Of a stretch of DNA of 64,000 nucleotides, positions 18,322-27,307 are shown piece by piece. Numbering within the stretch: the first letter of the stretch is position 1; each line of letters begins with the position of its first letter. The notes under the pieces are model-generated. The model worked only from the letters and a program-made list of their open reading frames with translations. It did not search any database and was not told the origin of the DNA. A program made the position numbers and the translations under genes. Origin of the DNA: Candidatus Doudnabacteria bacterium RIFCSPHIGHO2_01_FULL_46_14 (GTDB taxonomy: Bacteria; Patescibacteriota; Doudnabacteria; UBA920; 2-01-FULL-46-14); contig MFEK01000010.1 in the NCBI GenBank assembly GCA_001779925.1, positions 19,377 through 83,376 of the forward strand, given 5' to 3'.

Positions 18322-19257
18322 TTACTTTTGGCAATGCGGGCAATACGAGCCTGTCCTGCCCCCCAATTTTACACGCATTATCTCTTCCCCGCAAACGCGG
18401 CAATTTTCCCCGTAGCGGCCATAAACCATGTGCACGCGGCCGTAGTGCCCCTCACTGCCGTCTACCCGAAAAAAATCTCCGACCGAGGAACCGCCCGCTT
18501 TCAATGCGCCTTTCAAGACCTTGGGGACAGCTCTATAGATTGCGGAAAAGTCTGCGAGGTCCAATGATCGCAAAACGCGCGCCGGTCGTATCTTGGCCCA
18601 GTATAATATTTCATCGGAATAAATATTACCGATGCCGGCTACGATTTTTGGATCCATGAGAAACTGTTTGATGGACAGCTTTGGCCGGGTCATCGCTTTG
18701 TCCATGAAGTATTGCACTGTAAATTTTTTGTCGTCAGGTTCAGGACCGTATTCCGCCAGCTCGCGCACGTGTTCGAGATCCTGATCACGCACTAGTCTGA
18801 GATATCCAAACTGCCGAATATCATTGTAATACAAATGACTGCCATCCGAAAATTTAAAAATCACGTGCGTGTACTGGTGAGGCAGGGTTTCTCTGCGCGA
18901 ATTCAAGGCATTGAAAATTTTCACAGCCTTTTTTTCGCCTTTTTTGGCAAAGATCATCTGCCCAGTCATTTTCAGGTGAACGAGAATAGTGAGCGGGCCC
19001 TGCCTGCCGGCAGGCAGGCCGGACAAATCAATCATCAGCATTTTGGCGCGCCGCGATACACCGATGATCTTGTGGCCGACAGCGAGCGTGCGGAATTTTT
19101 TTGCCGTAACGGCGGAGTTTTTACGGATGTTGCTCACCACGGCCGGTCCAATGCTGATGATCTTGGGCAAACGCACCTCGACATCAACTATCTTTTTACC
19201 AATGATAGTTTTTTCGAGACCTCTTCTGATGGTTTCAACTTCGGGTAGCTCGGGCAC
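18322..19257 (-). CDS. mutM: formamidopyrimidine-DNA glycosylase
   Basis: N-terminal MPELPEVE catalytic Pro/Glu; H2TH; C-terminal zinc finger CRVCG...CPHCQ. Confidence 0.9.
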   Translation of the reverse strand: MPELPEVETIRRGLEKTIIGKKIVDVEVRLPKIISIGPAVVSNIRKNSAVTAKKFRTLAVGHKIIGVSRRAKMLMIDLSGLPAGRQGPLTILVHLKMTGQMIFAKKGEKKAVKIFNALNSRRETLPHQYTHVIFKFSDGSHLYYNDIRQFGYLRLVRDQDLEHVRELAEYGPEPDDKKFTVQYFMDKAMTRPKLSIKQFLMDPKIVAGIGNIYSDEILYWAKIRPARVLRSLDLADFSAIYRAVPKVLKGALKAGGSSVGDFFRVDGSEGHYGRVHMVYGRYGENCRVCGEEIMRVKLGGRTGSYCPHCQK

Positions 19258-19385
19258 GAATGTAAAGTTTAAAAATCAAAATGTAAAATTACAGTGTAAA
19301 ATTTTAAAATTTTTAATTGTCATTTTGATCTTTGATATTTACATTTTAAATTATCTTCTCCGGGTGTATACTTATCTTACCATAT
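19258..19385. promoter_or_regulatory. AT-rich divergent promoter region (mutM <-> rel) with inverted TGTAAAAT/ATTTTACA repeats
   Basis: aaaatgtaaaattacagtgtaaaatt...atttacattttaaatt. Confidence 0.35.
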
Positions 19386-20879
19386 ATGGACAAATCTTCG
19401 GTCTTCTATCATTTCAAAAAGCACTACAAACCTGACCAGGTCAAGCTGCTTGAACGGGCTTATCAGTTCGCCTCACTGGCACACCAGGGACAAAAACGCA
19501 AATCCGGAGATGATTACATCATGCACTCTCTGGCTGTGGCCAATTACCTCGGAAACCATCTGCATATGGATATGGACACTGTAGTGGCAGGCATGCTACA
19601 CGATGTTCCGGAAGATACAAAAACTACCCTTCCGGAGATCCGTCAAAATTTCGGGCCGCAGGTGGCGTTTATGGTCGAGGGTATTACCAAGCTCGGAAAA
19701 ATCAAGCTACGAAACCAACGCGACGAAAACTATATTGAGACCCTGCGCAAAATGTTTTTGTCCATGGCCGCGGATATCCGCGTGGTGCTCATCAAGCTTG
19801 CAGACCGCCGCCACAACATGAAAACCATTGAGTTTCTCCCCGAAGAAAAACGAAAACGAATCGCCCGCGAAACTCTGGAGGTTTACGCGCCGATCGCCAA
19901 CCGCCTGGGAATGGGAGAGCTGACGGGCGAGCTGGAAGACCTGGCCTTTCCGGTGGTTTACCCCAAAGATTATGAATGGCTAGCCGGCCAGGTCAAAGAA
20001 CGCTATGAAGAAATGGCAATCTACGTGAAGCGCGTTCGTGATACCATTATAAAAAATTTCCACGAGGCGGGGATAAAATGGACTGATATTCACGGCCGCG
20101 CCAAACATCTCTATAGCCTTTATGAAAAAATCTTGCGTCCCAAATATGATCGGGACATTACAAAAATTTATGATCTGGTCGCCCTGCGCATCATCACGAA
20201 AAATCTGGAGGATTGCTATGCTACGCTCGGCGTCCTGCATTCCAAATACCGCCCTTTGCCGGGCCGTATCAAAGATTATATCGCCTTTCCCAAACCCAAC
20301 GGCTACCGCAGTATCCATACCACGGTCTTTGGACCCGAGGGCCGGGTGCTCGAGGTGCAGATTCGCACTGCGGAAATGCATTATGAGGCAGAATACGGAA
20401 TCGCAGCGCACTGGGCATATATTGAACACGGCAAACCAAAATGGGGTTACAAGATTCCCAAACAACTCGAATGGGTCACTCAGCTTCGCGATTGGCAAAA
20501 AGACATTGGCGGGAGTTCCGAGGAATTCATGGAAGCCCTGAAAATCGATTTTTTCAAAAACCGAATTTTTATTTTCACGCCCAAAGGCGAGGTCAAAGAC
20601 CTGCCCGAAGGGGCAACCACCCTCGATTTCGCGTTTGCGGTCCACACTGACCTCGGGCTCTATGCCATGGGCGCAAAAGTCAATGGAAAAATGGGCAAAC
20701 TCTCAGACGAACTTTCCAACGGCGATGTGGTGGAAATCGTCAAAGGCTCCAAGATCAATGTTTCCCGCGACTGGATGGGCGTGGCCCGCACCTCCAGCGC
20801 CCGCTCAAAAATAAAAGCCTACCTCAACCAAAACAACCAAGGCTGGGGCTTCCTGCCGGAATTTATCCGGAAAAAATAA
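19386..20879 (+). CDS. rel: (p)ppGpp synthetase/hydrolase, short Rel/SpoT homolog (HD + synthetase + TGS, no ACT domain)
   Basis: HD motif MLHDVPEDT; synthetase RIKDYIAFPKPNGYRSIHTTV; TGS IFIFTPKGEVKDLPEGATTLDFAFAVHTDLG. Confidence 0.85.
   Translation: MDKSSVFYHFKKHYKPDQVKLLERAYQFASLAHQGQKRKSGDDYIMHSLAVANYLGNHLHMDMDTVVAGMLHDVPEDTKTTLPEIRQNFGPQVAFMVEGITKLGKIKLRNQRDENYIETLRKMFLSMAADIRVVLIKLADRRHNMKTIEFLPEEKRKRIARETLEVYAPIANRLGMGELTGELEDLAFPVVYPKDYEWLAGQVKERYEEMAIYVKRVRDTIIKNFHEAGIKWTDIHGRAKHLYSLYEKILRPKYDRDITKIYDLVALRIITKNLEDCYATLGVLHSKYRPLPGRIKDYIAFPKPNGYRSIHTTVFGPEGRVLEVQIRTAEMHYEAEYGIAAHWAYIEHGKPKWGYKIPKQLEWVTQLRDWQKDIGGSSEEFMEALKIDFFKNRIFIFTPKGEVKDLPEGATTLDFAFAVHTDLGLYAMGAKVNGKMGKLSDELSNGDVVEIVKGSKINVSRDWMGVARTSSARSKIKAYLNQNNQGWGFLPEFIRKK
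20841..20879. repeat. direct repeat DR1 (39 bp, = last 12 codons + stop of rel)
   Basis: ggctggggcttcctgccggaatttatccggaaaaaataa; exact copy at 21535-21573. Confidence 0.9.
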
Positions 20880-20919
20880 GAACATTGACAGGACTGCCAA
20901 ACAAAATTAAACTAAAAAT

Positions 20920-21147
20920 ATGAAATTTACCCGTATTACAATCAATCCAGAAAAAATGGATGGCGTGCCCTGCATCAGGGATTTGCGTATTCCTGTAGCA
21001 ACAGTAGTGCAGATGACCGCTGAAGGCATGACTGCCCCAGAAATCATCAAGACTTTGCCTGATTTGCAGACGGAAGACGTTCGTGAAGCCTTGCAATATG
21101 CCGCAACCGCAGTGCAGGATCGCGTCATGCCCTATGCCCTGCCTTGA
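20920..21147 (+). CDS. DUF433 domain protein (putative antitoxin)
   Basis: 75 aa; ...[18 protein letters not shown]...; 4-bp overlap with DUF5615 gene. Confidence 0.7.
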   Translation: MKFTRITINPEKMDGVPCIRDLRIPVATVVQMTAEGMTAPEIIKTLPDLQTEDVREALQYAATAVQDRVMPYALP

Positions 21148-21524
21148 TGAAATTTCTGATTGACAATGCGCTTTCTCCTCAAATCGCTGCTGGCCTGAAA
21201 AGCAGCGGTTTTGATGCTGTGCATGTACGTGATCGCCAAATGCAGTCCGCAACTGACGCGGATATTTTTGAATTCGCCAAATCCCAAAATCGAATCATTA
21301 TCTCCGCTGACACTGATTTTGGTAGCTTGCTCGCTTTGCGGCAAGAGATAAAGCCGTCCGTGATTCTGTTTCGGCGCGGAACACTTCGCCGTCCGCCAGC
21401 ACAACTGGCAATTTTGCTTGCCAATTTGCCAAAACTGAAAGAGTCGCTGACCAAAGGCTGTATTGTCATTCTAGAAAGCGGACGCATCAGGATCCGCCTC
21501 CTGCCTATCGGCGATAAGCTTTAG
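21144..21524 (+). CDS. DUF5615 (PIN-like) domain protein (putative toxin)
   Basis: [18 protein letters not shown]...[10 protein letters not shown]; classic partner of DUF433. Confidence 0.7.
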   Translation: MMKFLIDNALSPQIAAGLKSSGFDAVHVRDRQMQSATDADIFEFAKSQNRIIISADTDFGSLLALRQEIKPSVILFRRGTLRRPPAQLAILLANLPKLKESLTKGCIVILESGRIRIRLLPIGDKL

Positions 21525-22367
21525 CTCACAAACTGGCTGGGGCTTCCTGCCGGAATTTATCCGGAAAAAATAACCGGCTCTTCCTCGCCCCTTGCGGGAG
21601 AGGATTGCAATGGCTGCCACCGACTCATCAGTGTTCATTTTTTTCAGCGCCGAAATAACATTGCGAAAATAGTTTGCTTCATCATAATTGTCCAAAAAGG
21701 CATCAACATTTTTCAAATCAACAATTTCTGCCAGGGCCGGATAAGGAACTCTGTCCTCATAAAATATTCGATTAAGGTACATTAGATTTTCGGGATTGTT
21801 TCCCATTTTTTGCACAACTGATGCGCAGGCCTGGTAAGCCGGTTTATTATCATATTTAGTCAGACCGTAAGAACCGGTTTCGTGCTTGCCAAATTTGACT
21901 AGCGATTCATGCGTGTTCATCAAAAAATCGCTTTTTGTTACCAAAGGATTGTCATCCTGCAAATCTTCAAGCAACTCGACTATTTTTTTAAAATCTATTT
22001 TGTCAAGCAAACTATTCATTTCTGTCAGCCACTGCTCCTCGGCAAACTCTCTCGATTCTGAATCTTGCGACCAGCTTAGCTTCTGTAATAACATTCTGCG
22101 CCTATTCCAATCTGTGGTGTCAGCAAGCTCGGCTTGGATATCATTCAGACTACTGGGTTCACTTTTTGCTTTCTCAATTAATTCCCGCCTCCTCTGCTCA
22201 ATCTCGGCCAGTCTTACTTGCTCACGCGCTCGGTATTCTTCTTCGCGTTTCCTCGATTCTTCCAACATGCGATCAAATTCTGGCGGACGACTATATATAG
22301 GTCGCCGCCCAGCAGATTCATTCTCTTTTTCAGAACCCGGATCATATCCTGGTATTTCTCTTCTCAT
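21471..22367 (-). CDS. hypothetical charged/coiled-coil protein; its C-terminus reads through DR2 into the TA cassette
   Basis: 298 aa, E/R/K-rich; last ~30 codons overlap DUF5615 gene and DR2 (..[13 protein letters not shown]..). Confidence 0.4.
   Translation of the reverse strand: MRREIPGYDPGSEKENESAGRRPIYSRPPEFDRMLEESRKREEEYRAREQVRLAEIEQRRRELIEKAKSEPSSLNDIQAELADTTDWNRRRMLLQKLSWSQDSESREFAEEQWLTEMNSLLDKIDFKKIVELLEDLQDDNPLVTKSDFLMNTHESLVKFGKHETGSYGLTKYDNKPAYQACASVVQKMGNNPENLMYLNRIFYEDRVPYPALAEIVDLKNVDAFLDNYDEANYFRNVISALKKMNTDESVAAIAILSRKGRGRAGYFFRINSGRKPQPVCELKLIADRQEADPDASAF
21535..21573. repeat. direct repeat DR2 (39-bp exact duplicate of rel 3-prime end)
   Basis: Identical to 20841-20879; brackets the DUF433/DUF5615 cassette. 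Confidence 0.9.
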
Positions 22368-22447
22368 GCCCCAATCATACCAAAAAACCCTGCCTTTTGG
22401 CAGGGCTGGAGTCTTACACTAAATACTTTATACTGACTACTTAATAC

Positions 22448-23041
22448 TTACTTGAATACTTCGTCGTCGGTGCGGGCGTAGTCGTGGATGACGGCGCGGC
22501 CAAACCAGTGCTGCATCTCGTGCTTGGCTTCCGCTTCGGTTTCCGAGGCGTGGACTAGGTTGAATACAGAGCGCTTTTCGCGGTTGGCCACTGCAGGGCT
22601 GTCCACGGAAAAATCGCCGCGGATCGTGCCCAGAGGCGCGTCCACCGGCATGGTCGGGCCGGCAAGTTTTCGGATCATAGCCACGGCATGCACGCCTTTG
22701 ACAGCCATGATCACCACTGGCGCGGAGGTCATAAAATCGATAAGCCATTTGCGCACCATGGGCCCGATTTTGGCTGGATCTTTTGTGCCGAGTTCTTTTA
22801 TCGCGTCAAATCCGAATTTCTCGTAAGTATTCAGGGTCTTTTCGCCGAGCCGGTTGATCCATTCACGGCTCTTTGGGTAATGATCGTCCACCTGCTTGCG
22901 CGACGGACGCTGCAGCTCGAGCCCAACGATCTTCAAACCCACCTGCTCAATACGACGGACGATCTCGCCCGTTAGCCCGCGGCGCACGCCGTCCGGCTTG
23001 ACCATTAAAAAGGTAAGTTCTTCTCTGGGATGTGTAGCCAT
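22448..23041 (-). CDS. ndk: nucleoside-diphosphate kinase (long form)
   Basis: TFLMVKPDGVRRGLTGEIVRRIEQVGLKIVGL..., NLVHASET (N-x-x-H active-site His region). Confidence 0.7.
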   Translation of the reverse strand: MATHPREELTFLMVKPDGVRRGLTGEIVRRIEQVGLKIVGLELQRPSRKQVDDHYPKSREWINRLGEKTLNTYEKFGFDAIKELGTKDPAKIGPMVRKWLIDFMTSAPVVIMAVKGVHAVAMIRKLAGPTMPVDAPLGTIRGDFSVDSPAVANREKRSVFNLVHASETEAEAKHEMQHWFGRAVIHDYARTDDEVFK

Positions 23042-23043
23042 GA

Positions 23044-23646
23044 TTATTTTATAAATGCTTTATTAATTATCACCGGATTTGTTGGTTTGTCGCTGGCATC
23101 AGTTTCAACAGCGGCGATTTTATCCACCACATCCATGCCGGCAGTCACCTGGCCAAACACTGTGTACTGGCCGTCGAGCATAGGCAGGTCTTGAAGGGCG
23201 ATGTAAAACTGGCTGCCGCTTGAGGCGCGGCTGGGATTAGCCTGATCGCCGAGCCTTGCGGTCGCAATACTGCCGCGCTTATGCAGAAGCTTGATTTCCG
23301 CAGGAACAGTATAGCCAGGACCGCCAGTGCCATCTCCCTGCGGGTCTCCGCCCTGAATCACAAATCCGGGAATGATGCGATGGAATGTGAGGTTATTGTA
23401 AAATCCGTCTTTTACCAGCTTCTCAAAATTGGCCGAGGTCTGGGGCGCGGCAGCTTTATCAAGAGCGATCTCAATGTTGCCATAATTGGTTTCCAGAACC
23501 ACGGCAGTGTTTTTGGTTGAATTTGAAATTGAATCTGTCACGTCTTTTTTTACTTCTTTATGCAGCACGATGCCGGAAAAAAAAATCATCCAGACAACCC
23601 CGGCTAGCAGAATAATAGATATTGCAGTTGCGAAATACTTTGTCAT
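23044..23646 (-). CDS. cyclophilin-type peptidyl-prolyl cis-trans isomerase with N-terminal TM anchor
   Basis: [24 protein letters not shown]..., [14 protein letters not shown]. Confidence 0.8.
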   Translation of the reverse strand: MTKYFATAISIILLAGVVWMIFFSGIVLHKEVKKDVTDSISNSTKNTAVVLETNYGNIEIALDKAAAPQTSANFEKLVKDGFYNNLTFHRIIPGFVIQGGDPQGDGTGGPGYTVPAEIKLLHKRGSIATARLGDQANPSRASSGSQFYIALQDLPMLDGQYTVFGQVTAGMDVVDKIAAVETDASDKPTNPVIINKAFIK

Positions 23647-23671
23647 ATCTAATACTGATTCTATCAAAAAA

Positions 23672-24541
23672 TTATTTATTTAGCAATTCCACCCTGTCTG
23701 GATAAATCTTAAAGCTAACATCGCCCTGCTCGTCTGTGCGCAAAATGTCGGCATGGACACGCGAGAGCGCGTCCATAGCCTCACTGTGCGGGTGTCCATA
23801 GCTGTTTTTACCTACGGAAACCACAGCGTAGCGCGCGCCGACCTTCTGCGCAAAATCCTGGCCAGTAGAATGTCTGGAGCCATGGTGGCCGACCTTGAGA
23901 ATCTCTGCCGATATGGGCAGACCTGCTTTGAGCAAAAAATCCTCAATGACTTTTCCCGCATCGCCTGTGAGTAAAACCTGGCTTTGGCCAAATGACAGCT
24001 TGGCCACAACCGACGAATCATTTATATCATCAGGCGCATGGACAAAATGACCGATAATCGGATAGAGAATATCGAGCGCGGTTGAGTTGTCCAGGAATAT
24101 TCTCTGTCCTAATTTTGGCTGGACTATCTGAACATGGTTTTCTGCCAGTAAATTCAAAAACGCGGTATATGTCGCGGTTTCGTATTCTACCTCGGGTAGC
24201 ATCATTCTCTCCACACGGTAACGCTTGAGCATTTCCACAAGTCCGCTGACATGATCAGCGTGCGGGTGCGTCAAAATCACCAGTTCAATCTTGCGGTCGC
24301 CGTAGGGCAGAACGCGTCCAAGTTTGGAAAGCACCGCATCCCCAGGCCCGCCGTCAATGAGAACATCGTTGCCTGCTGCCGTACGCAGATAAATGGCGTC
24401 GCCCTGGCCGATATCAAACACAGTGAATTCCAAAAAATCGTCCTGTCGGGAAAACACAGCAGACCAGACTGCCAGATTAGCGGCCAACAAAATCCCTACT
24501 GCGTACCAGACAGAACTAAATTTTTGCTTTTTGGGAAACAT
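23672..24541 (-). CDS. ComEC/Rec2-type metallo-beta-lactamase domain protein (C-terminal module of a split comEC)
   Basis: [20 protein letters not shown] motifs; overlaps the upstream ComEC membrane-domain ORF by 26 bp in a different frame. Confidence 0.65.
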   Translation of the reverse strand: MFPKKQKFSSVWYAVGILLAANLAVWSAVFSRQDDFLEFTVFDIGQGDAIYLRTAAGNDVLIDGGPGDAVLSKLGRVLPYGDRKIELVILTHPHADHVSGLVEMLKRYRVERMMLPEVEYETATYTAFLNLLAENHVQIVQPKLGQRIFLDNSTALDILYPIIGHFVHAPDDINDSSVVAKLSFGQSQVLLTGDAGKVIEDFLLKAGLPISAEILKVGHHGSRHSTGQDFAQKVGARYAVVSVGKNSYGHPHSEAMDALSRVHADILRTDEQGDVSFKIYPDRVELLNK

Positions 24542-26069
24542 CGCTAGTAAAAATCAACAAATTTCTAGCTGGAAATTTTCGCAATCGCCAAAATAGGACG
24601 GCGTAATAAACAAAAATCCCTGCGACCGGCACGCCGAGCGCGACCTGAGCAAACGGGATTCGCGCGAAAAATTCCACCACCCAGATTTGAAATGCCAGAA
24701 TCCCCCAAAGCACAACAGCCAATATTTTCGCCACAGGTACATAAATCATACCGAGCACCCCGGCCGTAAGAGCCAAAAACATAGCATAAGGTACTGTCCA
24801 GAGGATCAGCACATTGACCACAATGGAAACAATAGAGAGGCGTTCAAAATAAAAGATGAGGAGAGGCAGAGCGAAAATTTGCGCAGCCATAGTGGAAGCC
24901 AGATTCTTGCGAAATTCCAAGATATTCGGCACCCATTGTAGTTTATTCTCAAACCATGAGCCAAGATAGATAAGCCCGGCTGTAGCCATGAATGAGAGCT
25001 GAAAACCCAAATCAAACCCCAGAATCTTGGGGTTTTCGAGTACCATAAGCGCAGCAACAAAGATCAGGGCATTCAGAGACACATAAATTCGTCCGACATT
25101 TAAAGCCGCAACCGCCAGCATGGCCATGACTGCCGCGCGAACCACAGACGCGTCCGCGCCGGTGATGACGACAAACGCGAGCACCAGCAAAAATGATAAA
25201 ACAAGGGCACTGCGCCGGCCTACATACTGCCGGGTTTTCAAAATATTCTGAGTAATAATCGACATATTATATCCAGAAATTACAATGATGTGGGATACAC
25301 CAACAGCAATCATAGCGTTTTTGAGATCTTCCGGAATCCTGTGCTTCACGCCGAGGATCAGGCCCTGGGCCAAAGCGTTATGCGGCTCTGGTAAAATTTG
25401 CGAGAGCACTCCCTGAAATCGATGCTTTATACTTAGCAGAGCCGCTTTCATCTTATTTCCTTGATCTTCCCCTATTTTTTCAATCTTTGGAAAACGCATC
25501 ACCGCATAAGTATCATAACGCGACAAATAATCTTTATAGGAAAACTCTTCGCTCACAAACGGCTCTTCGACTTTTCCTGAAAATTTTAATCTATCGCCGT
25601 ATTGATATTCCGGATATTTCCCGACATTCAACAAAATATTTCCAGTAAGCTCCCTCTCCTTACCCTCTTTCTCTTCCACTCCCCTCCCTTGCAGTGTCCG
25701 CCGCAGCCTTGCGCGGAGACTGGGAGGGGAGGGTGAAGTTACTTTCACTGTCAAATTCACCTTATCGCTCCTCACATCCGGCTCTTTCACTATTATCCCT
25801 TCCAGTTCAACTTCTTGCCCATAATATTTTCCAATAAAATTTTCTTGATCGGGAAAGCTCGCCTGATATCTTACCGCTCCAAAAAGCGCGACCAATCCCA
25901 AAAATCCCGCCAGCACAAACCTTTTATCACTCCACCAAATCGTAATTAGAATCAAAAAAAACATGGCCGCGATAGCCATGATATAGTAATTAACATACCT
26001 GCCCGCGCCCACCCCGGCCACAAAACTCAAACAGAAAAACAGAAAAATTTTAGATTTTTCGAATTTCAC
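24516..26069 (-). CDS. comEC: ComEC/Rec2 DNA-uptake channel (DUF4131 + competence domains), lacking the MBL domain
   Basis: Multi-TM 517 aa; ...GVSHIIVISGYNMSII...; repeat R4 in-frame in the N-terminal region. Confidence 0.7.
   Translation of the reverse strand: MKFEKSKIFLFFCLSFVAGVGAGRYVNYYIMAIAAMFFLILITIWWSDKRFVLAGFLGLVALFGAVRYQASFPDQENFIGKYYGQEVELEGIIVKEPDVRSDKVNLTVKVTSPSPPSLRARLRRTLQGRGVEEKEGKERELTGNILLNVGKYPEYQYGDRLKFSGKVEEPFVSEEFSYKDYLSRYDTYAVMRFPKIEKIGEDQGNKMKAALLSIKHRFQGVLSQILPEPHNALAQGLILGVKHRIPEDLKNAMIAVGVSHIIVISGYNMSIITQNILKTRQYVGRRSALVLSFLLVLAFVVITGADASVVRAAVMAMLAVAALNVGRIYVSLNALIFVAALMVLENPKILGFDLGFQLSFMATAGLIYLGSWFENKLQWVPNILEFRKNLASTMAAQIFALPLLIFYFERLSIVSIVVNVLILWTVPYAMFLALTAGVLGMIYVPVAKILAVVLWGILAFQIWVVEFFARIPFAQVALGVPVAGIFVYYAVLFWRLRKFPARNLLIFTSDVSQKAKI
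25677..25738. repeat. repeat family A, locus R4 (variant palindrome with 34-nt internal spacer) inside comEC
   Basis: cactcccctccc-ttgcagtgtccgccgcagccttgcgcggagactg-ggaggggagggtgaagt. Confidence 0.7.
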
Positions 26070-26491
26070 AAACGACTCCCGGTTTTACTCGCCTCCCCTT
26101 GCGAAAGGACATCTCCTCTTACTCCCCTCCCTTGACGGGAGGGGCTGGGGAAGGGTGGTGCGCAAAGTTTTCCAATTCTATCAAAGACACCTTCCCGGTT
26201 TTGCAAAACTTCGTTATTCCAGAATCGTAAAATTGCAAACCCCTGTGAGCTTAACCATTCGTCGCGAATCTTATCCTGTTCTAAAGTTTCATCTGCATGC
26301 TGGCCGCCGTCTATCTCGATGATCAATTTAACCGAAAAGCAAACAAAATCAACAATATAATTTCCGATTGGCTCCTGACGGCGGAATTTCGATCCAGAAA
26401 GTTGCTTTGAGCGAAGAAAATACCAGACGGCTTTTTCCGCTTCGGTCATCTGGTTTCTCAACTTTCTGACTACATTTGTTGTTTGTCTCAA
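26066..26491 (-). CDS. DUF559 (Vsr-like endonuclease fold) protein
   Basis: ...EPIGNYIVDFVCFSVKLIIEIDGGQH...WLSSQGFAILRFWNNEVLQN...; C-terminal 30 aa encoded by repeat R5; start codon abuts R6. Confidence 0.7.
   Translation of the reverse strand: MRQTTNVVRKLRNQMTEAEKAVWYFLRSKQLSGSKFRRQEPIGNYIVDFVCFSVKLIIEIDGGQHADETLEQDKIRDEWLSSQGFAILRFWNNEVLQNREGVFDRIGKLCAPPFPSPSRQGRGVRGDVLSQGEASKTGSRL
26092..26160. repeat. repeat family A, locus R5 (within 3-prime end of DUF559 gene)
   Basis: cctccccttgcgaaaggacatctcctcttactcccctcccttgacgggaggggctggggaagggtggtg. Confidence 0.75.
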
Positions 26492-26525
26492 TCACCCTCT
26501 CCTACCTCTCCCATCAAGGGAGAGG
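26492..26525. repeat. repeat family A, locus R6 (variant; immediately upstream of DUF559 start)
   Basis: tcaccctctcctac-ctctccc-atcaa-gggagagg; inverted relative to R5. Confidence 0.7.
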
Positions 26526-26568
26526 AATAAATCACTTCCTGTTTGCCAGTTGCACAAATTCTAAAACG

Positions 26569-27297
26569 CTATTCAAATTCATCTGCCTGAAACGGATACC
26601 GATATTCACCTAGCGCCAGAGTTGCTGTTTCCAGTCTTTTACCAATCTCCATGAGCTTCCCTGCCTTATGGCCCTTGTCTCTCATTGCCTCTTCGATCTT
26701 ACGCTCCGCGTCTTCCACCATGAATGCTCTCTTCTCGTTGCTTGGCACCAAGCTGCCAAATGAGCCGCGTATCTCCCGCGCCCACTCATGGACCTGCCAG
26801 TTGCTTCTGTCTTCGCCCCTGGGAAGTTTAGTTTTGTTCATTTGGTAGGACTCCATTGCACCCTTCCCTGCTTTACGCACTCTTTGATCTAGCGTGGCAG
26901 TAAACCCATACAGCCGCCTCTGTAAAAATTCTGCCAGAGCCTGGTCAATGCTTTGGTTATGCGGGGACCTCATCCGCGCTTGTTCACTTATACGGGAGAC
27001 TGAACCCATCGCAAGTTTTGCTTCCTCTAAAGGCACTCGCGGCAAATTTTTATCCTTTGTGTACCCCGTGGCGATCTTTGCGTAATCTATCAAAGCTTGT
27101 AACGCTTCTCCATTTACTTCGCGGTTGTGGGCCAAGACTTCGCCAAGTTCGCGGGTTCGGCCATCTGATTGTTTAATTGACAACATAACTCCCAAGTCTT
27201 CTCTAAACGCTGCTCTTTGATCAGCGTAAGGGTCGGGGGCTGATTGATCGCGGGAGCGAAAAGCCGCATGTTCCTGAGTTGGGTGCCTCTCATTCAT
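26569..27297 (-). CDS. hypothetical protein (242 aa)
   Basis: Long ORF in operon position upstream of hisS; no family recognised. Confidence 0.4.
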   Translation of the reverse strand: MNERHPTQEHAAFRSRDQSAPDPYADQRAAFREDLGVMLSIKQSDGRTRELGEVLAHNREVNGEALQALIDYAKIATGYTKDKNLPRVPLEEAKLAMGSVSRISEQARMRSPHNQSIDQALAEFLQRRLYGFTATLDQRVRKAGKGAMESYQMNKTKLPRGEDRSNWQVHEWAREIRGSFGSLVPSNEKRAFMVEDAERKIEEAMRDKGHKAGKLMEIGKRLETATLALGEYRYPFQADEFE

Positions 27298-27307
27298 TAT
27301 AATTACT

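Noticed and set aside
21471-21573. Treating the C-terminal ~30 codons of ORF 21471..22367 as native protein sequence
   Set aside because: That tail runs antisense through the duplicated rel terminus and the DUF5615 gene. It most likely arose from the cassette insertion rather than being the original C-terminus.
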